Assembly: GCF_020745735.1 (NCBI RefSeq)
Contig: NC_083427.1
Location: 981,211-1,045,210, forward strand
Reading direction: 5' to 3'
Source: Hemiscyllium ocellatum
Taxonomy: Eukaryota
Length of the DNA stretch: 64,000 nt
In this document: piece by piece, positions 22,791 to 36,539 of the stretch
Position numbering within the stretch: the first letter of the stretch is position 1
Layout of the letters: each line of letters starts with the position of its first letter
Notes under the pieces: generated by a model
Told to the model about the DNA's origin: nothing
Seen by the model: the letters and a program-made list of their open reading frames with translations, nothing else
Databases searched by the model: none
Made by a program: the position numbers and the translations under genes

Positions 22791-24171
22791 TTTTATTCTG
22801 ATCAGTTTTTATTTAAAATTCCATTCCCGCCTCTATCACTAAATTGTATTAGCTGAAAGGTTTTGAAAAAGCAAGACTATTTGGATGGAACATAAAATAT
22901 GAACCACCTATTGAGGAAGAAATGGTAATAGAGCGCGACTGAACTCAGGTTGCGAATCGACAAGTTCATGTTAACAGTCTGCTTGATTGAACAGAGATAC
23001 AGCAGAAGAGATGAACTCAGGACAGCCAGAGGAAAAGCAAGGATTTGTAGTGAAGAGTTTGGAATGCGAGACAGTAATATTAATCAACAAGGGAGTAGTT
23101 TTTGCAATATTCTCCCGCCCAGACAACCTGACCGAGGCAATGACATAACAGAGGAACTGCATAAGCTTTGCAATATGCGCACAAAATAGAATTATGCCGT
23201 TCGAACTATAGAATAGACATGGAGCATCATTCCTCACAAATATTATTGAAACTTTCAGAGATAACCCGATCTGTGAATTTTGTAATTGTACTAAAATTTA
23301 AGGTAACAATACAAACAGAACATTCAAGAACCTTCTTTTCATTTGTACTTTACGTTATGCACTAAGAAAGTAACTGTTATTGTACTAAGAGCAACCATTT
23401 TTCCTTTAGCAATCTAGGAGCATGCTTTCCCCTACGTTATGCATTCCTTTAAAATTATCACGATTCTGAACAAGTGTTAGTTTTGTCTATTCCCAACACC
23501 AGAGTTGAGAACTGAAAGACATGTGCTCACAATATTTTAGATTTCTTCACTTAACACTCTTCAAAGATGAGTAATATGAAAAACATCTCTTGAATGGGTC
23601 CTTGACTGAAACTGAATCATGCAGCAAGTATCTTTTATTTTCAAATAAAAACCTGCCGAGGAAATAGGCAGCAAAATCAGTTGAAAGGATGCAATCAATA
23701 AAAATGCAGTTTGATACCAATTTCTCAATTTCTCCATGAGTTTTTCTGACACAGAGCAAATAATGTTAGCTCATGTACAGCGGCCACATATGATATGTGT
23801 TTGCTCGTCTGGGATTGGATTCCGATAAATGCAGTTCATGTGGCAGCAATTGTCTTCTGACATTGGTAACTGCAATAGGTGAAAATGTGCAGCACTCGAA
23901 TGGAGACATTAGGCCTCAGTATACCCAAGGCAGAGCAGTTTCCAAATTGTTCAAGATTATATCGGAAATATTACTGAAGGCTTATCCATAATATTCAGAG
24001 TGAATGCAACCAATACGAAAAGGAGGACACAGCATCTGATTAACTAAGCCTAAACGGTCTCAGAAAACAGATAACAGATCGCAGTAAGTAAAACTATTTC
24101 CAACTCTAGTAGTGTTTTGGAATTGATTTCGATATCGCGGCCTGAAAACATGCATTCTTTTCTGTTTCGAG

Positions 24172-24492
24172 GTGATTGCCGTCAGACAGATATTGTGGTC
24201 CATCTACTGAAACCTCCGTTCCAAGAGATTTGGACGCAAAAGACAGCGACCATTGTGTGTGAAATTGTTTACAGCAACTTAGAAAACATCAACGTTTTCT
24301 GGCAGGTGAATGGGGCTGAAAGAACAAAAGGAGTCAAGACAGAAAATCCTATTTGGAACGGAAGTAAATTCACCATTTTGAGCAAACTTAAAGTCATTGC
24401 GTCAGAGTGGGACAGCGGTGCTGAATATGTTTGCTTGGTAGAAGACAGTGAATTACCAACACCAGAGAAAGCTTCTCTCAAAAAGAAAATTG
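24172..24492 (+). CDS. IgNAR: IgNAR constant exon C4 (N-terminal linker Cys, GDCRQTD)
   Basis: TTTCGAG|GT (unusual GAG acceptor) ... G|GTAAGT. GDCRQTDIVVHLLKPPFQEIWTQKTATIVCEIVYSNLENINVFWQVNG...EWDSGAEYVCLVEDSELPTPEKASLKKKI. Confidence 0.94.
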
Positions 24493-24756
24493 GTAAGTCG
24501 GGATAGTACTGCAATAACAACAAAATAGAATTGATTTCGGAAGTCTGAAATGAAAAAAAAAATATTTCGAAGAAACAGAGCAGGAATGGCAGAATCTATG
24601 GAGAGAAGAATAGGGTGAACGTTTCCAGTCCAGTATGTAACTTCCTAAAAATAGTAATTTATAATATTTTGATATAAGCCTGACTCATACAGTAGTTGAA
24701 TGGAATAAAAAATCCTGTCAAACCATTAATGCGTTCCAGTAAATTCCCCCTAAGTC

Positions 24757-24995
24757 AGCAGCAGAAAGTGGCTCACTGGTTTGCACTGCTGCCTCAAGGC
24801 ACAGGTTCAAATCGAACTCTGTGTAGAGGGTTCCCAAGTTCACGTGGGCTTCCATTGCGAGCTCCAGTTCTCGTCGACTATGTGCAAGTTAGATGGAATG
24901 GCAATGGGGTACGTGCTTTTGTCGGGAGTGGGTCTTGGAGGGATGCTCTTTGGCGTTTGGGTAGGGACTTGTTGGGCCGAATGGCTTGTTAAAAC
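24757..24995 (+). mobile_element. Degenerate V-SINE in the C4-C5 intron
   Basis: Head GTGGCTCACTGGTTTGCACTGCTGCCTCA and 3' GGACTTGTTGGGCCGAATGGC. Confidence 0.75.
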
Positions 24996-25293
24996 GTTAT
25001 GAGGAAATCATGGAAAGCCAATAGCCGTGGCTTCTTCTTTACTGAAAATGAGCGTGAAGAACTGTAAGTGGATGAATCATTTGCACTCCACGAATAGCAA
25101 TCTTTACAAAATGTATGATTGGCCCCAAGATTTAAACCAGCAAAGTAGGGGACATGAAATGCTGTAGCATTCAGAAATATTTGCATAGTCTGACAGATAC
25201 TAAATAATTTATAAACTATATGCATTACTAGCAATGAAATTCTAATGCAGATGTAAGATGGTCTCAGCTAAACAAACATCACTCTCTTTGCAG

Positions 25294-25676
25294 ACGACCA
25301 AATGCGTCTTCCTCAGGTTTATCTCCTGCAGCCATCGACAGACGAGATTGACGCTGAGAATTCAGCGACCCTGATGTGTCTCGTCACCAGCTTTTACCCA
25401 GCTGAGATCTACATTGGCTGGATGGCCAATGACACCCTTTTGGATACCGGGTACCGAACCCAATTGGATAGCCAGGCGGGGAATGGTTCCAACTTCGTGA
25501 CCAGCAGGTTGAGAGTCACAGCGGCGGAATGGAACAATGACACCACTTACTCCTGCTTAGTGGGACACCCATCCCTCAGCCGGGAGTTAATCAGAAGTAC
25601 AAACAAATCTCATGGTAAACCGACAGCAGTCAATGTTTCAGTCGTACTAAGCGATATTGTTAAAACCTGCACATAA
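25294..25676 (+). CDS. IgNAR: IgNAR constant exon C5 plus secretory tailpiece; internal donor at 25615 for the membrane form
   Basis: TTGCAG|AC. DDQMRLPQVYLLQPSTDEIDAENSATLMCLVTSFYPAEIYIGWMAN...YSCLVGHPSLSRELIRSTNKSH-G|GTAAA, then tail GKPTAVNVSVVLSDIVKTCT* with an NVS sequon and penultimate Cys. Confidence 0.96.
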
Positions 25677-25955
25677 CTTGCAGTGATTGACGAACTGTTT
25701 TCCATAGATAGGTTCATGTTACTATGGTAATAACTGTTAGAGTAACTGTTTAAGCATTTTCAATTCATTGCATGCATCAGTCACATTTAAGATCAGTGAT
25801 CACTTTTGTCAAAAAGAAAGTAGCCACTATTCCAAATTGCATCTGTTGGTAAAAGATAATTAAGCTTAGACTCTGAAACGCAAGGAAAGGCTTGTCTTGT
25901 AAGTCTGATCGTTCTGACGATCGCTTGAAACGTTCCATCCTGCTACGGCAGGAAA

Positions 25956-26002
25956 AATAAACCATGTTTAAGTCTGTATGTGGCTCCGATGGTTGTAATA
26001 AA
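25956..26002 (+). terminator. Candidate polyadenylation signals of the secreted transcript (AATAAA at 25956 and 25997)
   Basis: First canonical hexamers about 280-320 nt after the secretory stop, each followed by T/GT-rich sequence. Confidence 0.6.
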
Positions 26003-27009
26003 TGCAGAATGGAAATACTTTGACTTACTTATTCTTGGTTTGCATGTATAGTACTTCCAGAAAGATGATTTTGACCTTGATTGAAATGTGCGTGATACCC
26101 ACTTGTGAGAAGCCAGCACTGCTGCTTGTTTACACGTGCAGACCTTTAGAGCCACTCGGCATCACTCTGAGTAAACCACACTTATCCTCACCATTTTTGA
26201 CTGCACTCCTCCATCATGCAGAGCCAATGGGGTATCGCGTGGTAAAATAAAATGATTGAAGATATCGTGGTGTCAACTTGTTCAGTGTGTGAATCAGTTC
26301 TCCTCATTGCCCTTACCTTCATGTAGCCAGTCTTGGCAAGTACTCTACGTCCAGTCGTGACGTCCAGTCATTGTCTGTCGTATTTGTGTTGCATTTTCAC
26401 AAGGATCCATGCTTGAGTCCTCATATAGAGCAGTCTACAAGCATTCCATCACAGATATCATCCGAACAAGCTCAGCCTCCACTTCGACACTGATATCACA
26501 TAATTCTCTCTAACAACCGTATATTTCTCCTCTGTGTTTGACTAATACATCCTCAGACGTGACATAAAATCAAACAATGCAGAAGCCAAACTCATTGTCC
26601 TCTGTTTTGTCGTCAACTCAGGTTCGTCACTCTGTGGTGACAGTTGTTTTCTTTTCTGACTTGAAATTCGACATAAATGGAACATCTAAGTCCATCAATC
26701 ATCCCAACAGAAGACTGCCATTTTTCTGGTTTGTCTGCATTCACCAAAACCATATGATTCAAACTGACTGTTTCACCCATTCGTTGTCTGCTATGTATCA
26801 TGCACTCTCTATAGTCTTAAATTTACACCAAACTGAAATACCAGGTATGTGAATTCGCAGCATTTCCCATTTACCCAACACGACTGAACTTTTCAACCAT
26901 GTCTATTAATGCTTCCCGTGCAAAACGCTTCCTCACTTATCAAAATAACATGCAGTGAGTCAAATTCGTGTTTGGATACCCTTACCTTCATTTAACCAGT
27001 CTTTCCATA

Positions 27010-27300
27010 TATTCCATAGTACATAGAATATAGAACATAGAACAATACAGTGCAAAACAAACCTTTCGGCCCGAAATGTTGCACTGACCTATGGACTTTT
27101 CTCAGCTCGTCCCCCTACACTATCCCAAAATCATCCACGAGTTTATCTAAGGATTGTTTAAATCTCCCTATTGTGGATGAGTTGACTACCTTAGCAAGTA
27201 GGGAATTCCGCGCCCTTACCAGTCTCTGTGTACATCTTTCCTCTGACATCAATCTTAAATCTATCACCCATTAATTTGTAGTTATAATACATTTATCATT
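27010..27300 (-). mobile_element. CR1 3' end
   Basis: (CATAGAA)n tail and CTTTCGGCCC 3' motif on the + strand. Confidence 0.7.
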
Positions 27301-28559
27301 CTGATACAGTATGATGAATTTCACTCGTACAGCATCATTACTTCGTCAGTGTAAGAATCGTTGCATTCAACGTCACCCATGTAGAAACTCCACACTAACC
27401 CTAAATATTAGCAGGCGAAGTCAGAGTCCACCTGGACAATGAAAGCATCCATTTGAAGTATTATATGTGGATGCAAATCCATTATCAATCAGCTGATTCT
27501 ATCGTTGGTGTAATAGCGTTATGTCATTTCCTACCTGTGCACCAAACAGACCATTTTCCATGTATCAGTAGGTCTCCCAGCATCTGTGAAGAGAAAGCAT
27601 TATTATTTTGTTCACGTGACCTTCATTAAAACCAACGAGGAAGGGTCACTCGAAACGAAACGTTATCTCTGAGTTTTCTCCACCGATGCTGACAGTTCGA
27701 TTGGTGTATAAATAGGTAGGATTTATAAGGATATGGGTCAAGTGCTGGCAGGCGGGACTAGATTGTGTTGGGATATCTGGTTGGCGTGGACGGCTTGGAC
27801 CAAAGGGTCTGCTTCCGTGCTGTACATCTCTATGACTCTATGACTGTAAGTCATAAGTCCTTCGAGCAATTTTTGCTTTTGTTTCTGATTTGCAAGATCG
27901 ACAGCTTCTTTTTCCTTTTTTATGTAAAGTGTCATGGCTGAAATATTGCACACAATAAGCCGAAACCAATGCAGCAATCTGGGGAGTTGGTTGGCAGACT
28001 TGTGTCTAGTTTCAACTGCATCTACGATGCCTCTTCTCCAAAAAAAAACTACATTTTAACATGGGAGGAAAAAATCTTTAGCAAAACATTTGCAACATTC
28101 CGAATCTGCAAGGCACAAATTTCACATTGGCTATTCTGATTCGAAGTTTTTCGTGAGGTTATGTGTTCTGATTAGTTTATGAGGGAGGAATGCAAAGGAT
28201 TGTGGTTCTGAAATGTATGCATGAACACGAAAGCCTGCACCATTGGTCAGGTGTAAGATAGCACGCTCAGGTAACCTGCTTTGGTAAACATACATGTCTG
28301 AACAGCTGTTCATGAATATGATGACATTTTTTGACATTCAGCAGTTTTCGCAGTTTCAGGACATGCGATACTTATTCTCAGTAGATTGTATCTCCACATG
28401 TGACACTCTGCTTTGCTCTTCAATGTGACATAACTCCATGTTGAAAGGCATATCTGTGCGTGGATAGATCTGTTCAACGTGATGTGACAACTGTTCATGC
28501 TGGATTGGTGATTGGAGAGTTCATTTTCAATTGTCTGTTCTGTGTATCTGTACATGAGG

Positions 28560-29710
28560 CTGTCTCTGAGTGGGAAAATTTCAAAACAAGTTTTGTTTTT
28601 GATGAGTTTCCCCGTGGTAGGCAATTACACAAAATATTGAGGCATGGGATTGAGCGTGCTTTCACGGTTTGGATCAAAAATTGGCTAGCTGAAAGAAAAA
28701 GGTGGTGTTTGATGGGAAATATTCTTCTTGGAGTTCAGTTACTTGTGGTGTACTGCAAGAATATGATTGGGGTCCACTGCTGTTTGTCGTTCTGATATAT
28801 AACCTAGATGCGGCACAGAAGGATGGCTTAGTAAATTTGTGGCTGACACTAAGTTCGGTAGACTTGTGGATGGTGCCGAAGGACCTTGTGGATAACAGAG
28901 AGACATAGATAAACTATAGAGCTGTGCTCAGATGCGACAAATGGAGTTTAATGCGGGAAGGTGTGACGTAATTGACTTTGGAAAGAATAGAAGGAATAAA
29001 GAGCACTGGGCTAACAGTAAGATTCTTGGTTGTGGAGAGGAGCAGAGAGATCTCAGTGTCCATGTACGTAGATACTTGAAAGTTGCCACCCATTTTGATT
29101 GGGTTGTTATAAGGCATACAGTGTGTTAGATTTATTATTTTGTGTTTCAGAGTCACACGGTCATGCTGTAGTTGTGAAAAACTCTGGAGTGGCCGCAATT
29201 GGAGTATTTTGTACAGTTCTAGTAACTGCATTATAGGAAGGATGAGGTAGCTTTGGGAAGGGTTCAGACGATATATACTATGACTTTGCCCGGTTTGGAA
29301 ATGAGACCTCATGAGCAAAGTCTGACCGACTTGAGGCTGTTTTCATGAGAGAGAAATAGGTTGGAGGTGACTTAATTGAGACATACAAGATAATCAGAGA
29401 GTTAGATAAGGTGGACAGTGAGAGCGTTTTTCCTCGGATAGCAATGGCTCCCTCGAGAGGACATAGCTTTAAATTGCGGGATGATAGTTTTTGGACAGTT
29501 GTCTGAGGTAGTTGCTTTACTCAGAAAATAATAGGGGATTGAACGCACTGCCTGCAAGAATAGCAGACTCGCCAACTTAATGACACTTAAATGGTCATTG
29601 GCTCGGCATATGGACGAGAATTGAATAATATAGGTTAGATATACTTCAAATTGATTTCACAGGTCGGTGCTGCATTGATGGGTCTGTACTGCTCTATAAT
29701 CTTCTATGTT
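28560..29710 (+). mobile_element. CR1 3' fragment
   Basis: Decayed SGV.QGSVLGPLLF, EQRDLSVHV and ERVQ motifs. Confidence 0.8.
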
Positions 29711-30829
29711 CTGTGTTCTTTTTGGGATATGGTTCTGCAGTGGCTGTTTTGTTGTATATTAGAAAGACTGTGCTGTATGATGTCCAGCTATTCCGTACTG
29801 GTGGGAGTGTCAGTAACTAGAGCAGATTCATCAGGTCATGTAATGGGGTATCTATCCATGTCAGAAACTACCTTTGAATTGAAAAATGCTGCTGCTACTA
29901 ACATAGAATCTCTACATGTACAACCTTGCGTGACATGATGAAAATACAAACAGCGAAGCCGTTTGTGTGGCATCTGTTCATGCTAAAAAAAACCCTCATT
30001 TACTGAGGGTTCCATGGCATTACATGTTGGTTAGTTGTTGAAATGTGTTAGCCACCATTCTATGTCAGCTATTTGAAGCATCCGGTTTCGATAGACAGAA
30101 CTGAAATAAAGTTTGGGAATTGCCTTCTCTCTACTTCTCAATTTCACAGTCGAGATTCACTGTGCCAAAATATCTGCTTGCCATCGTAACCCGTCACTTC
30201 CATTGTTCTCTCCTCAGGAATTCGATAGCAACTCACCCAACTCCACTGAAGTCTTGTTATGAATTGCATATGCGTAAACTAAACTGATTTGCTTTTGGGA
30301 TGCGACAGATGCCACTTGCAGCAGTTGCTGAGAACACACAGCAGGTCAGTTCAAACCTAAATGGCATTGATAGACTAAAAGCCTGGACGTGAGCTTTGAA
30401 TACATTCTGTGAAGCCGTTTATTCTGTGACAAGTACGACACTTCTGTGATCATGATTATTTTAGATGAAATGTCCAAATGCCTGAATACATTATGAGCAC
30501 TAACTTCTTCACATTAACTATACTGGTGTGAATTCAAGATTTCTTTATGACAGACTTTATATTAGCATTAATTAAGGTTTCATTAATTTGACACTATGCA
30601 AGATTTCCAGCAGTTTCAGTGGCAATTAACTACGTGGGTTATGATAAGAAAGCAAGGAGGCTCCAAACTGATATGGACAGTCTGTTCCCGGGGCAAGAAA
30701 AGATCAGATGGATTATTTTGTAGATTAAGTACAAGTTTATCCTCTTTGGCATTACGGCCTTCAACGAGGAGTATCTCTGAAAAGCCAGGAGAATGGGAAA
30801 TGTTAATGCTAAAAGCGAATTGAGAGTCT

Positions 30830-31650
30830 GATTATATTAGTTCTTGAAATCTAACAAATGCAAGAAAGAGATAGAATGCTAAGAGGGTTGGTGTGAAGAC
30901 AACAATCAATAAAACGAAGGAGCCGTGCATTGCCTTGTGGAAGTGAAGCTGATGGCATGCCCTTGTCTGTATCAATAGTGCCGAGATGAGGTTCGTCCAC
31001 AGTGTCAAGGTTCTGGAAATGATTACGACCAACAACCTGTCTGGTCTATCCATGTCGTCTCAATGTTCAAGAAAACAAAAGAGCATATCTACTTCCTCAG
31101 GTGGCTGAAGGCAATTTGATATGTCCACAAGCGCTCTTATCAATTTTCACAGATGCACCATAGTCAGCCTTCTCTGTGCATGCATCATAGTGCGATTTGG
31201 CAACAGCTTCTCCCATTACCACCAGAAACTACAAGAGTCATGAATACAGCCCCGTCCATAACATAACCCAGACTTCCAGCATTGAAGACGTGTTGATTTT
31301 CCAATCTCTTGAGAAGCCAACAATTGAATCAAAGACCGCTTTCACTCCTGCTCTGTTTTCTTCCAGCCTCTTCTATCAGACAGAAGACATAAAAGCTTTT
31401 GCACATGTGCAAATAGATTCAAGAATAGCTTCTTCCCTGCTGCTATTAGATTCCTGAATGGAACTCTCAAATGTTACATTTCATGTTGATCTCGCTCTGT
31501 GCCTCTTATCTGCAGCTGTATCGTTTTATGTTCGCTCCGTCCGAGGACCCTGCATACTTTGTTTGGTATGATCTGCCTACACTGCACGAAAAACAAAACA
31601 TTTCACTGGACCTAGGTATGTGTCAATAATAATTCCAATCAAATCAAATT
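30830..31650 (+). mobile_element. Rex1/Babar-clade LINE 3' fragment
   Basis: With one frameshift: KKTKEHIYFLRWLK/QFDMSTSALINFHRCTIVSLLCACIIVRFGNSFSHYHQKLQ, matching the Rex1/Babar pattern KKA.QRLYFLR.L....LT.FYRC.IES.L..CI.VW.GN. (ATCAA)n-type tail. Confidence 0.7.
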
Positions 31651-34600
31651 TATTGGAAAGCAAAGAGCAGCAGCTATGTTTTAAGGAGTTCAATCGCAAG
31701 GAAATTTGAATAAGAATACATGCATTGCTTCAAATTTGTAGAATTGCTAAGATTGCACCGAGACATAGTGCAAAATCTATTACCTTCACTTAAGTTAGGA
31801 TGCAATTTCCTTTCAAATGAATTGTGATGGATATCCAGATGACAAACTTGTGAGATTGTCGGACCATCCCATGAAACGACTATGAAGAGACTGCTCTAAT
31901 AGTTTGAGCTAATCGAATAATGAGAGATTGACCGAGCATGTGCATGACGGTGTACGGTTGGTGTTTGTATTTAATGACTTTAGTGGCAATGTGGATGCAT
32001 GGAAAAATTACTCGAGGTAGGCGATCCAATGCTGTCGAGAATGGTGAATCAGGATCAAGGGGTGGGACGGCCTGCTCCATGCTTCCATATTCCTGTCATC
32101 TCAACAGCAGAAAGCTACAGAATCGAAGATAATTAAAACAAAAAGGAGAGTAACAAATCAACGAGAGAATGAATAAAATGATGGAAAATTTCAGGCATTC
32201 CTAAGTATGTTTTCATTGAGCTATTTCATGGAAGAAGGTGAATAATGAAAGCATTGGGGCGAACAGGAGTGGCCATTGTAACTGTTTCTTACAGAATTTT
32301 TTTCTTCACTAAGGAGGGAATTAATGGAAAGAGTGTAATTTTAAAAAAGGATTCTAGTAAAATTTTATATTAAATAATAATGAGAATGAATGTATTGTAG
32401 AGTCAAACCTCCTGGAAAGTGCAGATATATTTCGTGGTAAAAGGAACCCAGTGAGGAAATAATAGATGCTCAAAGGATCATTTGCCAATTCTCACGAAAT
32501 GTATGTGAGGTAGCAGAGAATTATAATTGTAAGTCTACAACTATTCCAGCCTCGAAAATGTCTCGATGTTCGACCAGAAAATTAAAGGCCAGTCCGTTTG
32601 TACTCCATGGAGGGCACTTTATGAGAACCAATTATTAAAGGTCAGGTGGAAAGATACTAAGAAAGAGTTGGACTAATCATGGAAAGTCAGAATGCATTTG
32701 TGATGTGAACATCGTGTGTTATGAAGTTAAGCGGTTTTTTTGGTGAAATAGCATCAAGGGGACTCTTAGGGATAGTATTTCGGTAATGTCTAAATGGATA
32801 TAGTGAGGCATTTGCCGAGATCCAACGTAGAAGACTTGTCAGAAAAAAAAGCCCATGAAATAGAAGTGAGTGCCAAGTTTGATCACAAAATTGTGTCACC
32901 GACAGGAAGCAATGTTTAACACTGCAGAATGTGTTCCTTTGATTTTTTTTTTACCATTTCCAGTGTTGTATGACACGACTTAGTGTTTTATCGCTTGGCA
33001 TTTGAGCTGTACATTCATGATATATATTTTAACGTGGAAGTTTTGATTTGGATTTCGTTGATGATACAGAGGCAGTGGCATCGTTTATATTAATGATAAT
33101 GGCCGTCAAATGCAGCTTTATATTACTGGTTCAGTTCTGATGGTGAAATATGATAATTTGAATTCAGTGTGTAAGTGGGAATATATAAAGTGAAGAGGAT
33201 GTCAGAAACTTTACAGTATAGTCCATCGGTCCATGTTTGCTGAAGAACAGGTGATGAAATGCGTTAAAAAAGGCATGTGTGAACCATTGAGATGTTTTCC
33301 TGCTTTCGATGAAATGTTGAACACAAAATATATTCAATGCTCAAACTCTGTGGTTTGTTGATTGAATCAAACGCAGCAGTTTTGTGTGAAGTCCAAGTCA
33401 CCAGGTTCGTGGAAAGGCAAAATTGTTCAGGATAGAGGACAACAAGTTATACAAGAATGTTGGGATAAATTTTAAATGGATGTACCATTGTTATTTTCCT
33501 CCCAAGACAGGCGGCAGAGTTCCAGCTAAATTGTACAGTACAAAATAATGAGGGGTTTATGTATTTGGGCAGCGAGTTCATGGTATTATTGCGGGGAAGA
33601 CATAGGGAAATACATTAATGCATTATAGACAAGTAAAGTGATTTTTTACAGTCACATTCTGTAATTAGAACAAAATAATTGATTGTCTTTTAACCAGTGG
33701 GTACCTCTAAGGACGACATGTGAAGTAAGGGAGAGAAAAGCATTTCCATCCGATGCTGGGTGCTGTCTGAGATTTGTGTCCTGGTTTGATGGTTGAGACA
33801 GAAATCCTCAAGTTATTTGGAAGCAGTTTGGATGTGAAGCTGGGTGTTGTGTGCTTCAGAAATGTTGGATGGTTCTATAGTTCTGCAAAGTTTCATTCAT
33901 AACGTGATCGCTAAATTGATCACTTCAAACCTGTCAATGGAACTTTATTAGTGGGAGCTGTTTTGAAGTTAGAATGAATCATTTTGGATAAAGTTATCAG
34001 TCAGTTGGAGAAATGTGCATTAATTACAGAAATGAAGACATGATTCAAAACAGGAATAAAAGGTGTTCAAATAATTGATTGGTATTTTGACGAGGTAACA
34101 AAGTTGAAATGCTGGCATGAAATTACAAGAGGAAGAGAAACAATGCATTTCTAAAATTGTAAAGTCACAGAATACAAAGACAATTGTAAAAGATGACGAA
34201 GTTACATAATTGTCAAATGAGATGGAGTATCTATGTTCTTCCGATTTGAAAAAACATATATAGTGATCTGTACTGAACAGGCCACTGGTTAAATCTTTCT
34301 ATGAGAACTGGCGTTCTCTTCCCCATCCCCAATCGTTGCCCATTTCATGTAATCTTTAATACCTAATTAGCATCTGATTCCACTTTATGCCTATGAGTGT
34401 TCTGCGCCGAGTGATATCAAGTGTAATTATTTTAGATGGATTTACTTTAATTGTTGTTGGTACCAAGAGGCAAGATATTAGTTGGTGGTCACTAGATGCT
34501 GTTGTCATCCTCACTTTTTTCTCCGTACGTGAAAAACACAATTCTATGGGATTTTAATACATTTTACAGATCCATCGATGCACAGATTCATAACAGCACA

Positions 34601-34719
34601 GAAAAGACCCTTTGCTCCATCGTGCCTCCTCCAACGTGCACGAAACATGCACTAATTGCAATTTCCTGCACTTGTCCCATATCCTTGAATATTGTGATGT
34701 TTGAAGTATATTTCCATTT

Positions 34720-36520
34720 CTTCCAAGTTGGCAAGGTTTCCAGCCAATGTGAGAAGTTGTTGGCAGTTAGGAACAAGGGAAACTTGAAGACCTTCTACAG
34801 GTATATCAGGAATGCAAGAATGACTGGAGTAAGATTAGGCCAATCAAAGATGACTTTGTAAAGTTGTGTGTGGAATTTGAGGACATAACTGAAGCACTTA
34901 ATGAATACTTTTCGTCAGTTTTCTCGTTGGAAAAGGGAAATGTTTGTGAGAATGCAGACTAGAAGAATTGATGGGATTATGCTTGACAAAGTGGAAGTTT
35001 TAGCAATTTTGGAAGATCTGCAAATAGTTAAGACCCTTGGCCAGGTGGGGTTTATCCTCGAATTCTCGGGGAAACCAATGAACAGGTTGCAGAGCCCTTT
35101 GCTTCGATCATTATGTCACCATTCCTGAAAAGAGTAGTGCCAGAAAACCGGATGATAACAAATGTTGTTCCCTTGTTTAAGAAGGAGAGTCGGGACAACC
35201 CTGATAGTTATAGGCCAGTGAGACTTACAGTGGGTTATAAGAGATACGATATATGATCGTCTGGTAAAGAATGATTTGATTAGGGATAGTCAACACGGTT
35301 TTGCGAACTGTGGGTCATGTCTCACTAACCTTATTGAGATCTTCGAGATGGTGACAAAGCAGATGGATGAAGGTCAAGAGGTTGATGTGACGTATTTGGA
35401 CTTCAGTAAGGCGTTTGATAGGATTCCACGTGGTAGTCTATTGCACAAAATATGGAGTCGGGATTGAAGGTGATTTAACGGTTTTGATCAGAAATCGGCT
35501 GGCTTAAAGAAGATAGAGGATGGTGTTCGATGGGAAATGTTCATACTGGTTCTTGGTTATCAGTGGCATGCAGCAAGGGTCTGGTCTGGAGGCACTGGTG
35601 TTTGTCATTTTTATAAATGATCTGGATGTGGGCTTTAAAGGAGGAGTTAGTAAATTAGCGGATGACACTAAGGTAGGCAGAGTTGTGGTTAGTGCCAAAG
35701 GATGCTGTGGGCTATAGAGGGACACAGTTAAGATGCAGAGCTGGGCTGAGAAGTGTGAAATGGAGATTAATGTGGAAAAAGTGTGAGGTGGTTCACTTCA
35801 AAGAAGTAACGGGTATACAGAGTACTGGGCTTGAGATCAAATGTTTGCCAGTGTAGATGAACCTGGTCGGTGTCCAGGTGCATAAATCCCTGAAAAATGT
35901 CACCCAGTTGGATAGGGCTGTTAAGAAGGCATATGGTGCATTCGCCACAAGATCATGCTTCAGCTGTCCAAGATACTGGTAAGGCTGCACCTGGAATATT
36001 GCATGCAGTGCTGGTCACCGCACTATCAGAAGGATGTTGAAGCTTTGGAAAGGGTTCAGAGGACATTTGCTAGGATGTTTCCTGGTATGGAAAGAAGGTC
36101 TTTTGAAGAAAGGCTGAGGGAACTGAGGCTGTTTCCATGGGAGAGAAGAAAATTGAGAGGTGACTTTATCAAAGTGTATCAGATCATAACATGGTTAGAT
36201 AGGGTGGGCAGTGAGAGCCTTTTTCCTCGGATGGTGATGGCTAACATGAGGGGACTGAGCTTAAACAGAGGGATGTTAGATTTAGAACAAATATTCGGGG
36301 CAGTTTCTTCACTCAGAGATTACGAGGGGCGTGAAATTGCCTGCCTGCAGTAGTAGACTCGACCAAGTTAAGAGCATTTAAATGGGCATTGGGAATACGT
36401 ATAGATAATAATGGAATGGTGTAGGTTTGAAGGGCATCAGAGTATTTTCACAGGTCGGTAAAGCATTGAGGCCCGAAGGGTCTGCACTGCGCTGTAACGT
36501 TCTATGTTCGATGTTCTATG
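34720..36520 (+). mobile_element. 5'-truncated CR1 LINE with TTCTATG tail
   Basis: QHGFANCGSCLTNLIEIFEMVTKQMDEGQEVDVTYLDFSKAFDRIP, FINDLDVG...ADDTK and LEYCMQCWSPHYQKDVEALERVQR. Confidence 0.9.
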
Positions 36521-36539
36521 TTACCTCGCCAATATGTGC

